The translations under genes and the position numbers were made by a program. This document shows, in pieces, positions 63,101-64,000 of a stretch of DNA of 64,000 nt (position 1 is its first letter; each line of letters opens with the position of its first letter). The stretch comes from Nannocystis pusilla (GTDB lineage: Bacteria; Myxococcota_A; Polyangia; Nannocystales; Nannocystaceae): assembly GCF_026626665.1 (NCBI RefSeq), contig NZ_JAPNKE010000002.1, positions 3,629,168 through 3,693,167 of the forward strand. Direction: 5' to 3'. Below the pieces are notes generated by a model. The model did no database searches. It was given only the letters and a program-made list of their open reading frames with translations, and was not told where the DNA came from.

Positions 63101-64000
63101 AAGCGGTGGCCGCCGCCGACCCGATCCTGGGCCAGTCGGCCGCCCAGCGCGACCTCTCCGTTGCCCTGGAGAGGCTTGGAAACCTGGAGGTACAGGTGGA
63201 AACCTGGCCGCCGCTCGCGGTCACTTCGACCGCTCCCTCAAGATCAGCGATGCGCTGGCCGCCGCCGACCCGACCAGCACCGAGGCGCAGCGCGACCTCT
63301 TCATCTCTCTGGATAAGCTCGGGGACGTGGAAGTGCAGGCGGGCAACCTCGCTGCCGCCCGTGGCCACTTCGACCGTCTCCTCAAGATCGCCGAAGCGCT
63401 GGCTGCCGCCGACCCGACCAGCACCCAGCCCCAACGCGACCTCTCCGTTGCCCTGGAGAGGCTTGGGAACCTGGAGGTACAGGCGGGCAACCTCGCCGCC
63501 GCTCGCGGCCACGTCGACCGCTCTCTCAAGATCGGCGAAGCGCTGGCCGTCGCCGACCCGACCAGCACCCAGGCCCAGCGCGACCTCTCCGTCTCTCTGA
63601 TCAAGCTCGGGAAGGTGGAAGTGCAGGCGGGCAACCTCGCTGCCGCCCGCGGCCACTTCGACCGTTTTTTCCAGATCGCCGAAGCGCTGGCCGCCGCCAA
63701 CCCGACCAGCAGCCAGGCCCAGCGCGACCTCTCCGTCTCTCTGATCGAGCTCGGGGATGTGGAAGTGCAGGCGGGCAACCTCGCTGCCGCTCGCGGCCAC
63801 TTCGACCGCTCCCTCAAGATCGACGAAGTGCTGGCCGCCGTCGACCCGACCAGCACCAAGGCCCAGCGCGACCTCTCCGTCTCCTTGACGAGGCTCGGGG
63901 ACGTGGAAGAGAAGGCGGGCAACCTCGCTGCCGCCCGCGGCCACTTCGACCGCTCCCTCAAGTCTACGAAGCGCTGGCCGCCGTGGACCCGACCAGCACC
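60157..64000 (+). CDS. SIR2-like domain / STAND P-loop NTPase / TM helix / tandem 48-aa helical repeats; runs past window end, with frame breaks ~63195 and ~63960
   Basis: LLVCVGPLVPMAAGLPG.. and HVVLFVGFAPDDEAL (SIR2/DHS-like); NPYPGLQPFTARNRRYFFGREEDL + GPSGVGKSS (Walker A); RAGLAVIAVLASGVLTLAGVSVYAW TM; repeats AGNLAAARGHFERSVKARELLAAADPT.. Confidence 0.8.

Overview
This is a high-GC (~70%) window, probably from a myxobacterium of the Sorangium/Polyangiaceae type, given the TIGR02232-type Cys-rich repeat lipoproteins, the DUF1554 protein and the giant TPR protein. The six-frame track is full of spurious GC-rich ORFs. Genes were therefore called from recognisable protein families, signal peptides and lipoboxes, and overlapping stop/start codons. 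At least 15 genes show single-base frame breaks, mostly at G/C/T homopolymers, which look like assembly indel errors rather than true pseudogenes. Content, in order: (1) 1-8800, an aryl-polyene (APE/flexirubin-type) biosynthetic operon on the minus strand (ACP, membrane protein, AMP-ligase, hotdog dehydratase, GT2, LPLAT acyltransferase, MIO ammonia-lyase, 4HBT thioesterase, LolA-like, MMPL exporter), with a divergent fabG. (2) 8900-35200, housekeeping and accessory genes (tandem M16 peptidase, S41 peptidase, TetR, XRE pair, DUF1501, PAP2, ferritin-like and Cys-rich lipoproteins, a SUKH-like protein, a low-GC HEXXH protein), separated by many tandem-repeat arrays. A dispersed palindromic CTGTCCC/GGGACAG (CATGTCC) motif family runs through this segment and the rest of the window. 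(3) 35898-45536, a giant (~3200 aa) TPR protein. (4) 46200-51400, three Cys-rich repeat lipoproteins. (5) From 51434 to the window end, a lower-GC genomic island: integrase with an internal stop, excisionase, esterase, an IS3-family element, a small OmpA-like operon cut by an IS110 element, a degraded NB-ARC remnant, and a large SIR2-STAND NTPase-TM-repeat protein. This last gene is the best antiphage-defence candidate in the window.
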